From Thelocarpon superellum (lineage: Eukaryota): DNA of 57,360 nt. The stretch spans positions 1 through 57,360 of the forward strand of contig JAPEUG010000070.1 in NCBI GenBank assembly GCA_026025795.1, read 5' to 3'. Below, one piece after another: positions 38,171-51,479 of the stretch; positions within the stretch are counted from its first letter, which is position 1, and each line of letters begins with the position of its first letter. The position numbers were made by a program, and so were the translations under genes. Below the pieces are notes generated by a model. It had not been told where the DNA came from, ran no database searches, and saw only the letters and a list, made by a program, of their open reading frames with translations.

Positions 38171-40412
38171 ATGGGCCGCTTGGTGACGGTCGCAACATGT
38201 TCGCTGAATCAGTGGGCCCTGGACTTTGAAGGCAATGCACAACGAATTATTGAGAGCATCCAACAAGCCAAGGCCGCTGGCGCCCGGCTGCGAGTTGGAC
38301 CGGAGCTGGAGATCACTGGCTATGGCTGTCTGGACCACTTCCTCGAAGGGGACACCTACCTTCATTCATGGGAGATGCTGGCCCGCATTCTGGACCATAA
38401 GGACTGCCAGGAAATCCTCCTGGATATCGGCATGCCCGTTCGACATCGGAACACCCACTTCAACTGCCGTGTGATTGCATACAATCGTCGGATTCTACTC
38501 ATCCGGCCGAAAATATGGCTAGCTAATGATGGTAATTATCGGGAGATGCGGTACTTCACTGAGTGGCGTCGGCCACGACACGTCGAACAGTATGACCTCC
38601 GACACATCCACTGGACAGTCTCAGATCAGTCATTTATTCCCTTTGGTGATGCCTTAATCAGTACCCGTGATACCTGCATAGGGGCCGAAACGTGTGAAGA
38701 GCTATTCACGCCAGACAGGTAAGCGATCCTTGAGGGACGACAGTGCCACAGTAGAGGGAGAGCTCACCACGAAGTACAGTCCTCACAACCACATGGGCCT
38801 GAACGGAGTGGAGATTTTCACCAACTCTAGTGGCAGCCACCACCAGTTACGGAAGCTCGATGTCCGCGTTGAATTGATTCGGGAAGCGACGCGAAAGGTA
38901 CTTCCGACAAGGACGGCTGTTCCGGGTTGTAGCTGATGGCGGTAGAATGGCGGAATCTATCTATACTCGAATCAGCAAGGCTGTGACGGCGACCGACTCT
39001 ACTACGATGGCTCTGCTCTGATCGTGGTGAATGGAGAGATCCTGGCACAAGGCTCTCAATTCTCGCTCCACGATGTCGAAGTCATCACCGCTACTGTCGA
39101 TCTCGAGGAAGTGCGCAGCTACCGGACCGCACCGAGCCGGGGCTCGCAAGCCATCGAGCAAGCAAGCTATGAACGAATCGAGACTGATCTTAACTTGTCG
39201 CAGCATGGAGGTGAGCTCGACCTCAACCTGCATCCAACTGTCCGACAAGAGGCTTGGTATCATACGCCGGAACAAGAGATTGCATTAGGGCCGGCATGTT
39301 GGCTGTGGGACTACCTGCGCCGATCTCGAGCAGCGGGCTTCTTCCTACCGCTCAGTGGTGGGATCGATAGCTGTGCTACTGCAGTGATCGTGCACTCCAT
39401 GTGCCGGAAGGTGGTCGAGGCGGTCGAAGAAGGCAATCAGCAGGTCATCCACGACGCACGAAGAATCGCAGGAGAGCCGGAAGACTCTACGTGGGTGCCA
39501 AAAGAGCCCCAGGAACTCTGCCGTCGCATCTTCCACACGTGCTTTATGGGAACGGAAAACTCCAGCAAAGACACGCGTGGCCGCGCCAAGGACTTGGCGC
39601 AGGCCATCGGAGCCTACCACACAGACCTGAACATGGATCGATTGGTTACTGCCATGGTGGACCTGTTCTCCCTTGTCACGTCCTTTCGACCCAAGTTCTT
39701 TGTGCGTGGCGGAAGCAAGACGGAGAACTTGGCGATGCAGAACATCCAGGCCAGACTTCGCATGGTATTGGCGTACCTTTTTGCCCAGCTTCTGCCGACG
39801 GTCCGGAATCGACAAGGGGGTGGTGCGCTATTGGTACTAGGGAGCGCCAACGTCGACGAATGTCTGCGTGGCTATCTCACCAAATACGACTGCTCCTCGG
39901 CCGACATCAACCCCATTGGCGGAGTCTCCAAGACCGATCTCAAACGGTTCATCGCGTACGCACAGGACGCCTTCTCCCTCCCGATTCTCGCGTCCTTCCT
40001 CAAGGCCACGCCGACGGCGGAGCTGGAACCTATCACGCAGTCCTATGTGCAATCTGACGAAGCTGATATGGGCATGACGTACGACGAGCTCTCAGTCTTT
40101 GGCCGGCTCCGCAAGGTTGAGAAGCTAGGTGTGTGGGGGATGTTCAGCAAGCTGTGCTACCTGTGGGGGGACCGGCTCACGCCGCGCGTCATCTACGAGA
40201 AGACGCGACGCTTCTACTACTTTTACGCCATCAACCGCCACAAACAGACCGTCTTGACGCCCAGCTATCACGCTGAATCGTACAGCCCCGACGATAATCG
40301 CTACGACCTTCGCCCCTTTCTCTATCCTGCCTTTGAGTGGCCCTATCGGAAGATTGAGCAGTGGCTTGACGTCTACGAGCGGAGGGAGAAGGATGGCGGT
40401 AAGGAGGCATGA
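38171..40412 (+). CDS. QNS1: Glutamine-dependent NAD+ synthetase; 2 introns
   Basis: [59 protein letters not shown] and PTAELEP. Confidence 0.97.
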
Positions 40413-40626
40413 GCAGGCATGAAAAGCGCGAGTTCAAATCGAGTTCAGCTAGATTAACTCTGCAATTTGAGGCTCATATGCTATATGCATACATGGCCAA
40501 GACAGATGGCCAATTAGTTAATGAATGAGAGTCACGGTTTACCCCCCACGCCCATGCTATGCCCATGCCATACGCGCCTGCGCCTTGGCCCATGTACGCC
40601 TTCGCTTCTCTTCTCTCTTGGTGAAT

Positions 40627-41028
40627 TCAGACGATACCCTCGACGCAAGCGACCGACGAGCCCGTCACATCCGCAATGACCTGCTCCACCTGCGCCTGCT
40701 GGGCCTGCACGAGGCCGAACTGCGCCTCGGTATAATCCAGCGTCATGAATCCATAAGAGTCGGAACAGCCGTAGACAGCCCCCGAGACCGCCAGCAGATG
40801 GCTTTGCATCGAGCTCCAGAACGTAGCACAGACCTGCGACGGATCGGCCTGGTAGCCCAGGCTCACGGCGTAGGTGTCCAGCGCGTTGCCGTTGAGGTTG
40901 GTTTGGTACGTGCATGATACCGGGGGACCGGCCGTCTGCCGAGCGACCAGCCGGTTGGATGCTGGGGCGGCAAGTGCTTGGCTTGCCATTACGCCGAGCG
41001 CGATGATGCGGAAAGAGGAGTAGCGCAT
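40627..41028 (-). CDS. Small secreted cysteine-containing protein (133 aa)
   Basis: Signal peptide MRYSSFRIIALGVMASQALA, propeptide ending VAR|Q, four Cys, intronless. Confidence 0.7.
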   Translation of the reverse strand: MRYSSFRIIALGVMASQALAAPASNRLVARQTAGPPVSCTYQTNLNGNALDTYAVSLGYQADPSQVCATFWSSMQSHLLAVSGAVYGCSDSYGFMTLDYTEAQFGLVQAQQAQVEQVIADVTGSSVACVEGIV

Positions 41029-42134
41029 TGAATGACGATGCCGATGACGAGAATGGGGTAGATTGGTACGACAGGTAGAGGTCGAGGACGAACTACTAGG
41101 TAGTAGTAGTTGAGAAGGACACTCGGAAACGCCGGCAGGGTGGAGTCGGCTTGATCGCAAGCTTGGAGGATGAGGGTTGTGGGCATGTAAGTGCCGCATA
41201 CGAGGAGTGTATGGATCCACGAACAATGGAATGGAAATCTCTGGTCGGTGAGTACGGCATTTGGCATGGGGCGATTCCGAGTGGCGTCTTATATACATCT
41301 CAAGCCTCAGCCTACTCCTCCTCCTCATCCATGAGAACACCCTGTGTGGAAACAATAGCATTGTGTCGAAAGGATCAACGAGGCTGCGCCATTCTTTAGA
41401 GATGCTATACCGTATTGTGTATCATATTATGACAAGGGGGTGGCCTTGTTCGAGGCCGTGTCGCTAATGCTATGCTGTGCGCTGCTGTGCCGGTTTGTGC
41501 AGATGCTTGAACCAACACGGGCGCAGCGATGAAAGTGGACGCGAGAGTGGGTGTGTGGGAGCCTTGGAAGCACAGGTACGAGAGCCATGTGGATGGGGAG
41601 GACGAGCCAGGTAGGCAGAGGGTCTGGAACTTCCATGTAGCCCGATTTAGGTCGTGCGCGGCGGGTCCAGGGTACGCGACAGGGGGGTGACACATGTGGC
41701 TGTGCTGATATAGGTGTGCAGAGGCAGGGTTGAAGAAGCATGAAGAAATGTTCAATTTGGTAGATTGAACACTACAGTTCATGCAGATGTCATGAAGCAG
41801 TGACCGGGAGGCGAGTTGGCAGGCGATTCAGGAGTCGCGTCAGGAGGCGACTAACATTGGACAGTCATCACACATCATGCGATGCTCGCCTACCAACAAG
41901 TAGAGTGGTACGAAGCACTTGTGTGCCAGACCTGCACGGCAACCAGGGGGGCGCGTGTGACTGCGCGGCTACTATTGTAAGTCGTATCGAATTCTCACTC
42001 ATACTCGTACATTTCACATTTTACACTTGGACTTGACTTGGAATTCGTTCGGCTCCCCCGCCAGCACCACCTACCCACCCTAAACCTGGAACATTACGCA
42101 CTCACGCATCCACTCACACAAGCATACTCGTATC

Positions 42135-43079
42135 CTACGCAGTCTTCTTCCAGGTGGTATAAACGCCAATCAAACTGCTGATCGTGCCAGCGATACCTAC
42201 AAGGCCATCGTCCAGGTTGACATATCCGAGTGCTGAGCCAGGAATGGTGATGTCGCAGAGATCGGAGACAAGTTGCATGTTGGTGGCCGCCCGCTCCCTG
42301 CTCGTTTCGTCAGTCTTGGTCTTGGGACGGACCTGGTGAGAGTGATAGGAAGGCTAATGAGGTTGACCCACCGTGCGATTTTCTTGCTCTCCACCACACC
42401 CTCCCCGTCTTTCTTGTCAATGCTGAGGTCTCGCTGTCGGAGTCGGTACAGCGTGTACACGCCCGACACCGTACTGCACAGCAAGCCCGCCAGCCAGGCT
42501 TTATATGCCTCCTTTTGCAATCGTTTGATGGATTCCGAGGGCCGGATACCGGCAGAGTCGAGCTGTCAGTTCTCGCATCAGCCACCATCACCCGCTCTGA
42601 CGTCTGCTCAGTCTTGAAGCACCCACATAGGTAATGGCATCGAAGCTCAGGTACATCGCATAACCCAGCTGTCGGCCAACGGCGGTATATCGAAGCACGG
42701 GGTCAAGATTGGCAGTGTCGGATGCGACAGCGGCCGCCTTGAAATGTTCAATGTTCTTGCCCACACGCATCAACTTGCGCGACAGGCCGAAGTTCTTCTT
42801 GATGGCCTCAAAGGGCGCGATGGACGCTTGGGAGGCATTGGTCCGAAGCAGGTACCACGCGTAGAAGCGCGAAAAGTACTGAAGTGTGCGGAGGAGCTTG
42901 TCGCGTCCGACTACAAGGCCCGTCAGTATCCATGACTCGGTGCGGACATAAGAGGTATTTGACTGGTCCGAGGTGTGGGAACCGCGGGGCCGAGATACGA
43001 GCTGCCACTGACCTGTCGTTGCCACGAACTTGAGATAGTGGGCCACCGAGGGGTGGTAGACCAGAGCATCAGCAACCAT
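42135..43079 (-). CDS. PEX11: Peroxisomal biogenesis factor 11; 3 introns
   Basis: MVADALVYHP..FVATT|VGRDKLLRTLQYFSRF, RKLMRVGKNIEH and C-terminal WKKTA. Confidence 0.93.
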
Positions 43080-43704
43080 GTTGAAGGAGGGAGGGGAATT
43101 TGAATATCGGAATGACCGCAGCGACACCACGCAGAGAGAGGAGATAGGTTCTGCCTCCGCACAGGCGACTTGACGGCATTCGTGACACCGGAGATACCTC
43201 GGTAACGCTGCATATCACGTGACTCAGAAGTGGTCAATCACATGCGCCCGCTCTTCCTCGACCGCACTTGTACGGGAGTGCTTCGTATTCATGTGGTCCA
43301 GTCCAACCAAGCTGGTTGACTGCACATTTGTCTGCACCGAATCTGATGTGTCGGTGCCCCTTCGATCAACGATATGATCTGACTCAGCTTATCATGGCGT
43401 AAGTGGCTGCCGCGTCACCATGAATCATCAGCATATAAGTGACGCACGTGATGCGGCCTACCTGCGGCTCCGAGGTGGGCAGCTAGGGTCTGCAGCATGA
43501 CGTGGTCGGGCTGCAAGTCGAGTTCTGCCTCGTTCAAGCCTTGCAGATCGAGGCAGACGCCTCCTGTCCATCTTTCCGCCTCGTCTATTAGATGACCGTT
43601 GCAAGATCGTCGTTGGACCTTTCTTTTTCCCAACCTCGCAGCCTCGTCCTAATGGCTCCGTCCAGCCTATCATCGCCCTCCTTCACCCTGGGCCCGCGCT
43701 AAAG

Positions 43705-44881
43705 ATGGCTTCTGGTACCTCTCTACCTGTCCATTGCCGCTATTCAGTGGCTGGACAGTCATCTGCCCGATGGGCTGTTAGCTAGCGATGAGTTGCGAGA
43801 TAAATAGATAGCATGGGTCATCGTTGGGGCTTCTACCGCGACAGCGGTCGTCCTTCGGCCTCTGCTCCCGTTCTTATCCCCCTCGGACGCCATTCTCTTC
43901 CCCACATCAATCACGTTCTCCCTTTCTCGCACCGCCACCAGTAGGTCCACCTTGAGGGTAGCCATAGACGTCTCCCACTGATACTTTGATGCAGTGTCTT
44001 CTTCAGCCCATCGAACGTGGTACGGGCCAGGTTGTGTCCTGGAAGGAACCATCATGTCCAAACTAGGCTCCGCCAGGGTGATTCGGCCTTATCGGCCAGC
44101 AAGCCATCAGCCAGAGCGAGGGTCCTTCAAATTGGAAGCAGGCGAAGCAATCCGATTTTCCAAGACCGGGGCAGGACTGCAGGTCGGGTGGTGGATGGGG
44201 TACAGGGCAAACGGGCAACGGGGCAAATTTCCCAGAAGCCACGTTCGGGTCCATTACAGCGAAGATGCACGATGGGGTTCATTGGTGGACGATAACCTTC
44301 ATCCAACGCAAGAGATGGTCGACCTATGCTTGCAACTGCTCTATGCATTGGGTGCCTCCGCGGAGAATTACCTGGCACCCGATGCCTACGCCGCCTTCCG
44401 CCAAAGCCAGACCTATCCTCTCTCCCACAACCTGTGGCTTCAATACCTCAATAAGTCACTCGACTACCATCTCGAGTGGCCGACCCAGACTCAAAAGGTC
44501 AAGTACGCCGACGACATGGCACGACTTCTGTACCACTCCTTCAACTTCACCTCCGTCGAAATTCAGCGGACCGAAGACTTTGCCCTCGTGCACTCGGCCC
44601 TGCATTCGCGGCCCCATCCCCATGACCCGCCCGCCCCGTTTCTGACATCGTCCGGCTTCATCGACGCAGTCGTCTACGACCTCCTTGACGAACCTGTCAA
44701 CGCTCTCGCGCGCTTGAACCTCGCGCTGGAGATCTATCGACCCGCATCGTATACCGAAAAGGACCACGTACCCATCCCCCGTGAGGCCTTGCCGTCAACG
44801 GCTATCATACAGGGGAACATGGAGTTTCAGGAGTTGAAGCGGCGTGGTAATGAGAATCTTCGCGACACGTTACAATATTGA
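43705..44881 (+). CDS. Hypothetical protein with SH3-like module plus a helical fungal domain; 5' exons uncertain
   Basis: ORF 43994-44881 has VIRPY..FKLEAGEAI..GWWMG..GQRGKFPRSHV, and a splice acceptor opens it. Candidate start ATGGCTTCTG|gtacct at 43705; alternative ATG at 44054. Confidence 0.55.
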
Positions 44882-45168
44882 GCAGGTTCGGTTTCGCGAT
44901 GCCGTGCACGGAATAGGGCATGGCGAAGGGCGTGCAAGTATGAGAGGCGGGGAGCTTGGGCTTGTTTTTCGGAGGTAGCATTATGTATTTTGCATTTACT
45001 TACTCGTTGAAGCAACAGCCTCTTCCTTTTTCCATTTCCCTTTCCTGTTCCTTCTCTCGTGTCCGGTTGCCCCATCTCACGTGTCTCTTTCTGCACCCAG
45101 ACCCAGGTCCAGGTCCAGAATGGCCCCCACCCGCCACGCTTGTCCTGCCTTGCTCCGCGCTTCCTACC

Positions 45169-47506
45169 TTAAACCTTGTAGAAACAGAACGCAAGATAGA
45201 AACCTGGAAGAGTTGACGAGAGAGCCAATCAGCCCCGTCGAGGCATTTGCATCATTCCACGCTTGCAGTACCTGCGCGTCGGAGACAAGAGACGGGGTGG
45301 AACACTTACTAGCTGCCTCAAGCTCCTCGTCACTGACCATCAACGGGCCCTTTCCACGCCCCCGCACGTTCATGCGTTCGCTGAGCGGACCCAGGATCGG
45401 ATCGTCGTTTTCTTCTCTCCACACGTCCATGAATGGCTTGCGGTACTGCAGTTCCAGGTTGTAGTCTTCTGCCAGTCTGATGATCCGCCAATTCCTTTCA
45501 TGTTAGGAATGAGGCGATAGTGGGTTGATGGATGGATGGATGGATGGATGGGTAAAGAGGAAACTCACGCTCGGAAAGCCTCCCATGGCACCACGTATTC
45601 CGGAATCTCTTCAATCGCCTCTTCAAGGAAATAACTATATTTCCATCCGAAAGGAGGCCGGAAAATGCCGTCGGTCGGGGTGTTGCCAGGGAACCGCACA
45701 CGATAGATCCCGTTGCCCCATTCGAGCGTCTCTTCCACCTCGCCCTCCTCCTTTTCGGCGGAGTCGATGGCACCCGTGCCGTTCGTGTGGGTCGAATCCC
45801 CTGCCTGTTCCGTTTCCTTTTCCTTTTCCTTTTCCTTTTCCTTCTGCGTCCGCTCGTGGAATTCCACCACCTTGTCGGTGAGCATGTCCGAGTTCGGAAT
45901 GACGCCCAGGAGTCTCCCGCCCTTCTTCAGGCAGCCCGCCACATTCCGTAACATGCCCCTCGCCTTGGCCTCGCTCTCAAAGGCGTAGTGCATGCAGAAC
46001 ATCATCGACACCACGTCGAAGCCACCCCCGCCCCATCGCGAGCTCGTCGCGCCGCCCGGACCCACGCCGGCGTCGATGCCCACGTCCCGGATCAGCGGCA
46101 GCGTGCCGAGATACTCGCCAAACGCGTCCTGCACGAAAAACTCCGCTTGAAAGGTCTTGGACGGTCGGCCGTGGGCCCCCCGTGGCCCACGGCCGCCACC
46201 ACTCCTCATCTGTCGATACCGCTCCCGAGCCTGGTCGATGGACACGTCCGCGGGATCGAGACCGACGTAAAGCTCCACTGGCTGCGGCGCTTGCTGCCAT
46301 TTGCCAAGATCCCCTCCTTTGCCACAGCCAATGTCCAGGATGGTGAGGCCCTTGCGGGCGCCGTCGTCGCCGCCGTACGTCGCTTCATCCGGCTTGTAGT
46401 CTTCGTTAGGTGAGAACTTCTGGATGATGGTGCTCTTCACCCAGTTGTTGAAGCTTCGCAGTCCCCGAATGCGACTGTCCGTTTTGCGCCATTCGCGCCC
46501 TCGTTCCGGCACGGCGTTGTAGTGCTGCTTGACCACATCTTGCACCCCCCGCTTCGCCACCTCCACCAGGACGCTGCGCTTCTGTTCTTGCTCACGCTCG
46601 AGCTGCCGCTGTCGGAAGGCTTCTCGCTCGGCGACGCTGATGCGCGACGCACCCCCTGGCCGCTTGAGTTTCCGCGGTGGAGAGCGCGGTGGCGGGGTCG
46701 GACTCCGTCGTAAGGGCGACGGAGAGCGGGGCGGAATGGGCGAGCGACGATCCCAGCGCCTGCGGTCCAGATGGCGCTCCGGTGACCGCGATGCCCTGCG
46801 CTTACGGTCAAGATGGCGTTCTGGCGAACGCGATCGGCCCCCCGAGCTCCTTCGGTCTGGCGGTGTCCGCTGGCGCCGGTCTGCAGGAGTCGTCGGTGCC
46901 TTTTTCTTGGTGAACCGCGGCAGGTTATCGGCGGTCATCGGAACGGGGGATTTGTAGGTGGTGTCGGCGGGCGACATGGACCTGCGCCTCTTCGCCCGAG
47001 GGTTTTCGATGTCATGTGGCCGTTTGACCTTGATGGCATCGGCCGGATGCGCGACTGGAGCCACGGGCGTGGAGTGACCCGACGAAGCAGCGCCATTATG
47101 GCGGGTTGCGGGCTCTGGTGAGCGTGTTCGTTTTCTACTCTTCTCCGGTGGCATTGAAGGGGATGAACGACGTTCCTGGCCAAGTGCGTCTAGCTCACGG
47201 TCGCTGGACGCTTGAGCCGGTACCTTAGCAGGTCCAGGACCGTGGGCGATGCAATCGGGCTCGAGTGATGCCTAACCTGATGGTTAGCCTCAGGCGGTGG
47301 AGCAGTCACCTACGGCATGGTCTGACCGTCTCAGTCAAGGGCGTGGCCTTGGGCTTGGCCTGGGTCACGTTTTCCTCGTCCTTTTCGGATCCACGTACTG
47401 CGTCTGGTTGAGGGTGCGGTGGTCCATTGCTGCCGTCGGCCGGGGCTGGGGCATCGGGTGGGGGGTCGTCTGAAGAGGTGAAGATGTCCCGAGCTGGGTC
47501 GTACAT
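45169..47506 (-). CDS. ABD1: mRNA cap guanine-N7 methyltransferase with long R/S/P-rich N-terminus
   Basis: LRSFNNWVKS, ILDIGCGKGGDLGKW, FDVVSMMFCMHYAFE, PEYVVPW and C-terminal FYLAFCFYKV. The start MYDPARDIF is less certain. Confidence 0.92.
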
Positions 47507-48069
47507 GACGTACAGCTCATCGAGGATTGCCGGCGCGTGAGTGGAATGGAGCTGGCAAGTCGTGGCGGGCGTTGGGCGAACCAAGGGATCAGTACGAGGT
47601 GATCGACCCCTGCGTGATTGGATCGTCAGTCGGGAGAATGTGAGGAACGCAGCGGTATGGAGAATGGCGTCCGGATACGGACCACTCTTTGGCAGCGTCC
47701 GACCAGATCAGAAGCATCTGGATTGAATGCCGCTCGTCTTGGGCGAGACCATGTTCTTTGGCTCGTCGAGCTTCAGATGAAACGGGTTGATGACTAAGCA
47801 TCGACGAAGCTTCACGGCCTCTTTCTTGGCCCCAAATCCAGCCAGACATACGCAGGCACCGACAGAGCGAAGTACTTTTGCGAGTTTGTACCGTCAATCC
47901 GTCATTGGGCCAGGGTCAGATCATCACTTGATACATCACACAGCTTCTCGTACCTGGTACCGTGGTCCGTGCACCATCGTGCAGTCGTGCAATCGAATCG
48001 AGTGGAGCTTGGATCCATCATCTCCATTCCCTTCCGACCTGCGGAGCTTCGACCTCCTCCACCGCCATC

Positions 48070-49680
48070 ATGGGTTCCGACCCTCAATACGCCAAGTACC
48101 CTGACCTATCTCTCGCCCAACACATCTTTCACCTCACGAACCCTTCGTCGTCTCGCGATACGCAACAGATGTCGGTCACGGCGCTGCAAAATGCCATCAC
48201 GGAACATAAGATGGCCCCGCTCTACCGCCACCTCGCCCACCCGGTGGATGGCATCCTCAATCCCACCGGTGAGAGCAGTGCGCAGAAACCGACGGCGACG
48301 GGGTCGAGAAAAGGGGTAAGCACGGCCAATCTCCTGGCCGGCAAGAGAGCATCGCCCAAAGTCGACTTTCCCTGGGACGAGAAGCTGTACGACGAGCTCA
48401 CGGCCTCGAACGAGCAAGAGCTGAAGGCCTTCAAGACGGAGGAAGCCGAGGCGGCGGAGAAGGCGGGCGAGACGGAAGTTCAGGCAGCCAAGGGCAAGCG
48501 GGCCGAGTTCTGGGCTCGAGTGGGTGACAAGGTCGGTTGCTGGCCGCGGTCGGACTCCCTCATCAACCGCTAATTGGTAGTCTCGGTGTCTAGGACGAAG
48601 CGATCGCGAGCTTTGAAGCCGTGTTTGAGAAGACGGGAGTGCTGGGGACACGGATCGATGTGGTGCTCGCGATAATACGACTGGGCCTGTTCTTCGTCGA
48701 CAAGATCTTGGTCAAGAAGAACGTGGACCGCGCGAAGACGCTGGTGGAGAGCGGTGGGGACTGGGATCGGCGAAATCGGCTCAAGGCCTACCAGGGTCTC
48801 CACTACCTCACCATCCGCTCCTACAGCCTGGCCGCACCGCTCCTCCTGGACAGCCTGTCGACGTTTACGAGCTACGAGCTGTGCACCTACTCGGCCTTGG
48901 TGGTGTACTCCGTGCTGGCCGGCTCGGTCTCGCTGAAGCGGGTCGACTTCAAGGCCAAAGTCGTGGATGCGCCCGAGATCAAGGCGATCCTCGGCGATGG
49001 CGAAGAGAAATTGTCGGCCTTGACCGGGGCGCTGTCGGCGGGGCCAGGGGCACAGGACGAGGAGATGCACGAGGTCTCGTCCGCCACGCCCAGCACATCC
49101 ACGGCGGCAGTCAACTTGACCATGCTGGGCCAGAGCAGCAGCGGACAGCCCGAGGTCGAGGCGGCCATTGACTTCTCGCCACTGGCGCAGCTAGTCAGCA
49201 GTCTGTACACGGGCGACTACCGCTCCTTCTTCCTAGCTCTGGCCGCGGTGGAGGACCAGTTCCTCGGCCAGGATCGTTACCTGTACGAGCACCGAGGATG
49301 GTTCGTGCGTGAGATGCGACTGCGAGGCTACCAGCAGCTCTTGCAAAGCTACCGGGTCGTCGGTCTGGCTAGCATGGCCCGAGACTTTGGCGTGTCGGTC
49401 GACTTTCTTGATCGGTACGAGGCACCTTCTTCCCTTTCCTCCCGTCGACGGTCCTCAGGTCAGCTAACACGCCTTGGCTCTCCGCAGCGACCTGGCCAAG
49501 TTCATCGCCGCCGACCGAATCCCCTGCACCATCGACCGGGTGAACGGCATCATCGAGACGAACCGGCCAGATGACAAGAATAAGCAGTACAACGACGTGG
49601 TGAAGCAAGGCGATGCGCTGATTACCAAGTTGCAGAAGTACGGCCAGGCGGTGAGGTTACGGGGGAGCGAGCGGGGATAG
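48070..49680 (+). CDS. RPN7: 26S proteasome lid subunit Rpn7; 2 introns
   Basis: MAPLY, GGDWDRRNRLKAY, LLLDSLSTFTSYE, REMRLRGYQQLLQSY and IETNRPD. Confidence 0.96.
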
Positions 49681-50149
49681 AGCTGGGATAGCTGAGACGG
49701 GACTCTGCGGCAACAAGAGTTTCCACAAAGTCATCAAGATGGCATCGGACCGATGCGTCGTTGCATCGTGAGAGTGGCCACTTTGTCATTTGCGATATGG
49801 ACTGGCCGTAAGTCGTCCCGCTCATATAACACATACGCCTGAGGCCAAATCAAGAACGTCGAGCCGTGCTTCATCCATCCATCAAGCCAAGCCTCTTTCC
49901 GTGGTATCGAAACAAAGAAGATCCCCATGGTTCCTGCGCTGTCCATGGCTGCAGGACTGTTGCCCCGTTGGAACCCAGGCCCACGAAGTAGCCGGTAGAG
50001 ACTCCAACACGACCTGGTATGCTGCGACGAGGTCGACGAACGAAAATTCTTTTGCTCCGGGCCGCAGCCCCGGTCGTGATAAAGGTCACCACATTTTGCG
50101 AACCATGCGGGCCAATATTCTCGTCCGCGGATTTTCCACTTCACTTCGT

Positions 50150-50800
50150 CTCTTTGCTTCCTTTGTGTCGATTTGTCGATCTAGCAATATTTGCGCCGTC
50201 TTTTTCTGGCCATTGCTCTCCGCAAGATCCAGCGCTGAGAATGCTCATTGTTAGCTATGGACAAGCTCTGATGGGAGTAAATAATCAGGGCAAGTCGTAA
50301 AACTGAGAAGGGATAGACTCCTTACATCTTTGATCACGACACCGCCAAGGCTGTATGCCACGAAGATAATAGGTCGTTTAATCTATTCAGAGGGTCAGTG
50401 ATTGTCGCGATTCGTAGAGACCAGTGCCAAGCAACCTCATCGGGATTTGATCGTTCGTCCTGAAGGTCCTCGAGTAGGTTTTCGGCATGCAAGAAAATGC
50501 TACTCTGACTGGTGCTGCCACTACCAGGGAAGAAAGTCATCACATCGACGTCGTGGCCCCACTAATGTCCTTCTAGTAAGCCTCCGAGTCGGATTCTTTG
50601 CAGTGGAGCAGCCGCAACACAGTCAGACCATACGTACCGTCATTGTCCGAACATCAGGAATCTTCTTCGGTAAGTGGTCCCGGGGCCAGACGACGCCGTT
50701 CTTCGCCCGCGTATTGAGCCGGTCGCCTCGCACTCCATGGACGAAGATGATGTCGGCTTTGATTGGGCCTTTCCCTTCGATAGGACAAGCATGCCTAGGT
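50150..50800 (-). pseudogene. Relic of SesB/SERAC1-like alpha/beta hydrolase abutting an ankyrin repeat fragment (NLR-like pseudogene)
   Basis: Spliced minus strand reads DIIFVHGVRG..WPRDHLP..|WGHD..HAENLLEDL..|RPIIFVAYSLGGVVIKD, then out of frame ALDLAESNGQKKTAQILLDR. Confidence 0.7.
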
Positions 50801-51223
50801 GATCTATCGCTGCGCGGCCAGATCGGAGGCCGGAGGGCTCAGCCAGTCGGCGTTATACCAGTGGAGCGATGATTCTCCAGGCGGCAGTCGACTTGGTTCT
50901 TCGATCAATCGCACCATATGGTTGAGCAGACATTGCGGCGCCATGGGGCTGCCGCCCCGTCGCGGCCTCGCAGCCCGGAAGACGCTCATTGGCTGACATC
51001 TGCATTGGCTGACACCTCAACGGCACTTGAACAGGTGAGACCCGGAGTGTTTATCGACTGAAGCAGAGGACTTTGCTGAGCACGACCTTCTAATATTTAG
51101 CCAAGGCACGATTGAAATCGACGCGTCCAGCTGCATCCTCATCATAATGGCCAGATCGATTCGGGCGTTTGTTCAGTGGGGACGACTAGTTATTCGCTTC
51201 CCCTCTAGAGCTCACGTAGCGAG

Positions 51224-51443
51224 TGTAAGGTTAGAGAGCCAACGCCTCACTGTGGGAATAGGAGGAGTCACCTTATGGTCACGTTTACTATCACGTGATC
51301 TCATGTACTGGAGCAAGTCTTGCAGGCAGCCAGAGTGTCCAACTCGGGTACAGCGATTAGGTCTTGGAACCTACTGCACCACGATATTCTAGCCAATCGA
51401 CGACGTCTACTGATTCCGCCTAGTTCTATACTTAACTGTCACA
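51224..51443 (+). mobile_element. Solo LTR (220 bp) related to the LTR at 4515-4771
   Basis: TGT...TCACA ends, shared blocks ACGCCTC..ATAGGA, AGTGTYCAACTC and GTCTACTG(A/T)TTCCGCCTAG. Flanks CGAG/AGAG. Confidence 0.75.
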
Positions 51444-51479
51444 AGAGCTCAGAGGGATAGAGCTGGCATTTTAGATGGC

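Noticed and set aside
41029..41361. Upstream extension of ORF 40627..41361
   Set aside because: The signal peptide begins at the ATG at 41028, so the extension is probably 5' UTR.
45525..45550. (GATG)n microsatellite
   Set aside because: Ordinary simple repeat inside an ABD1 intron.
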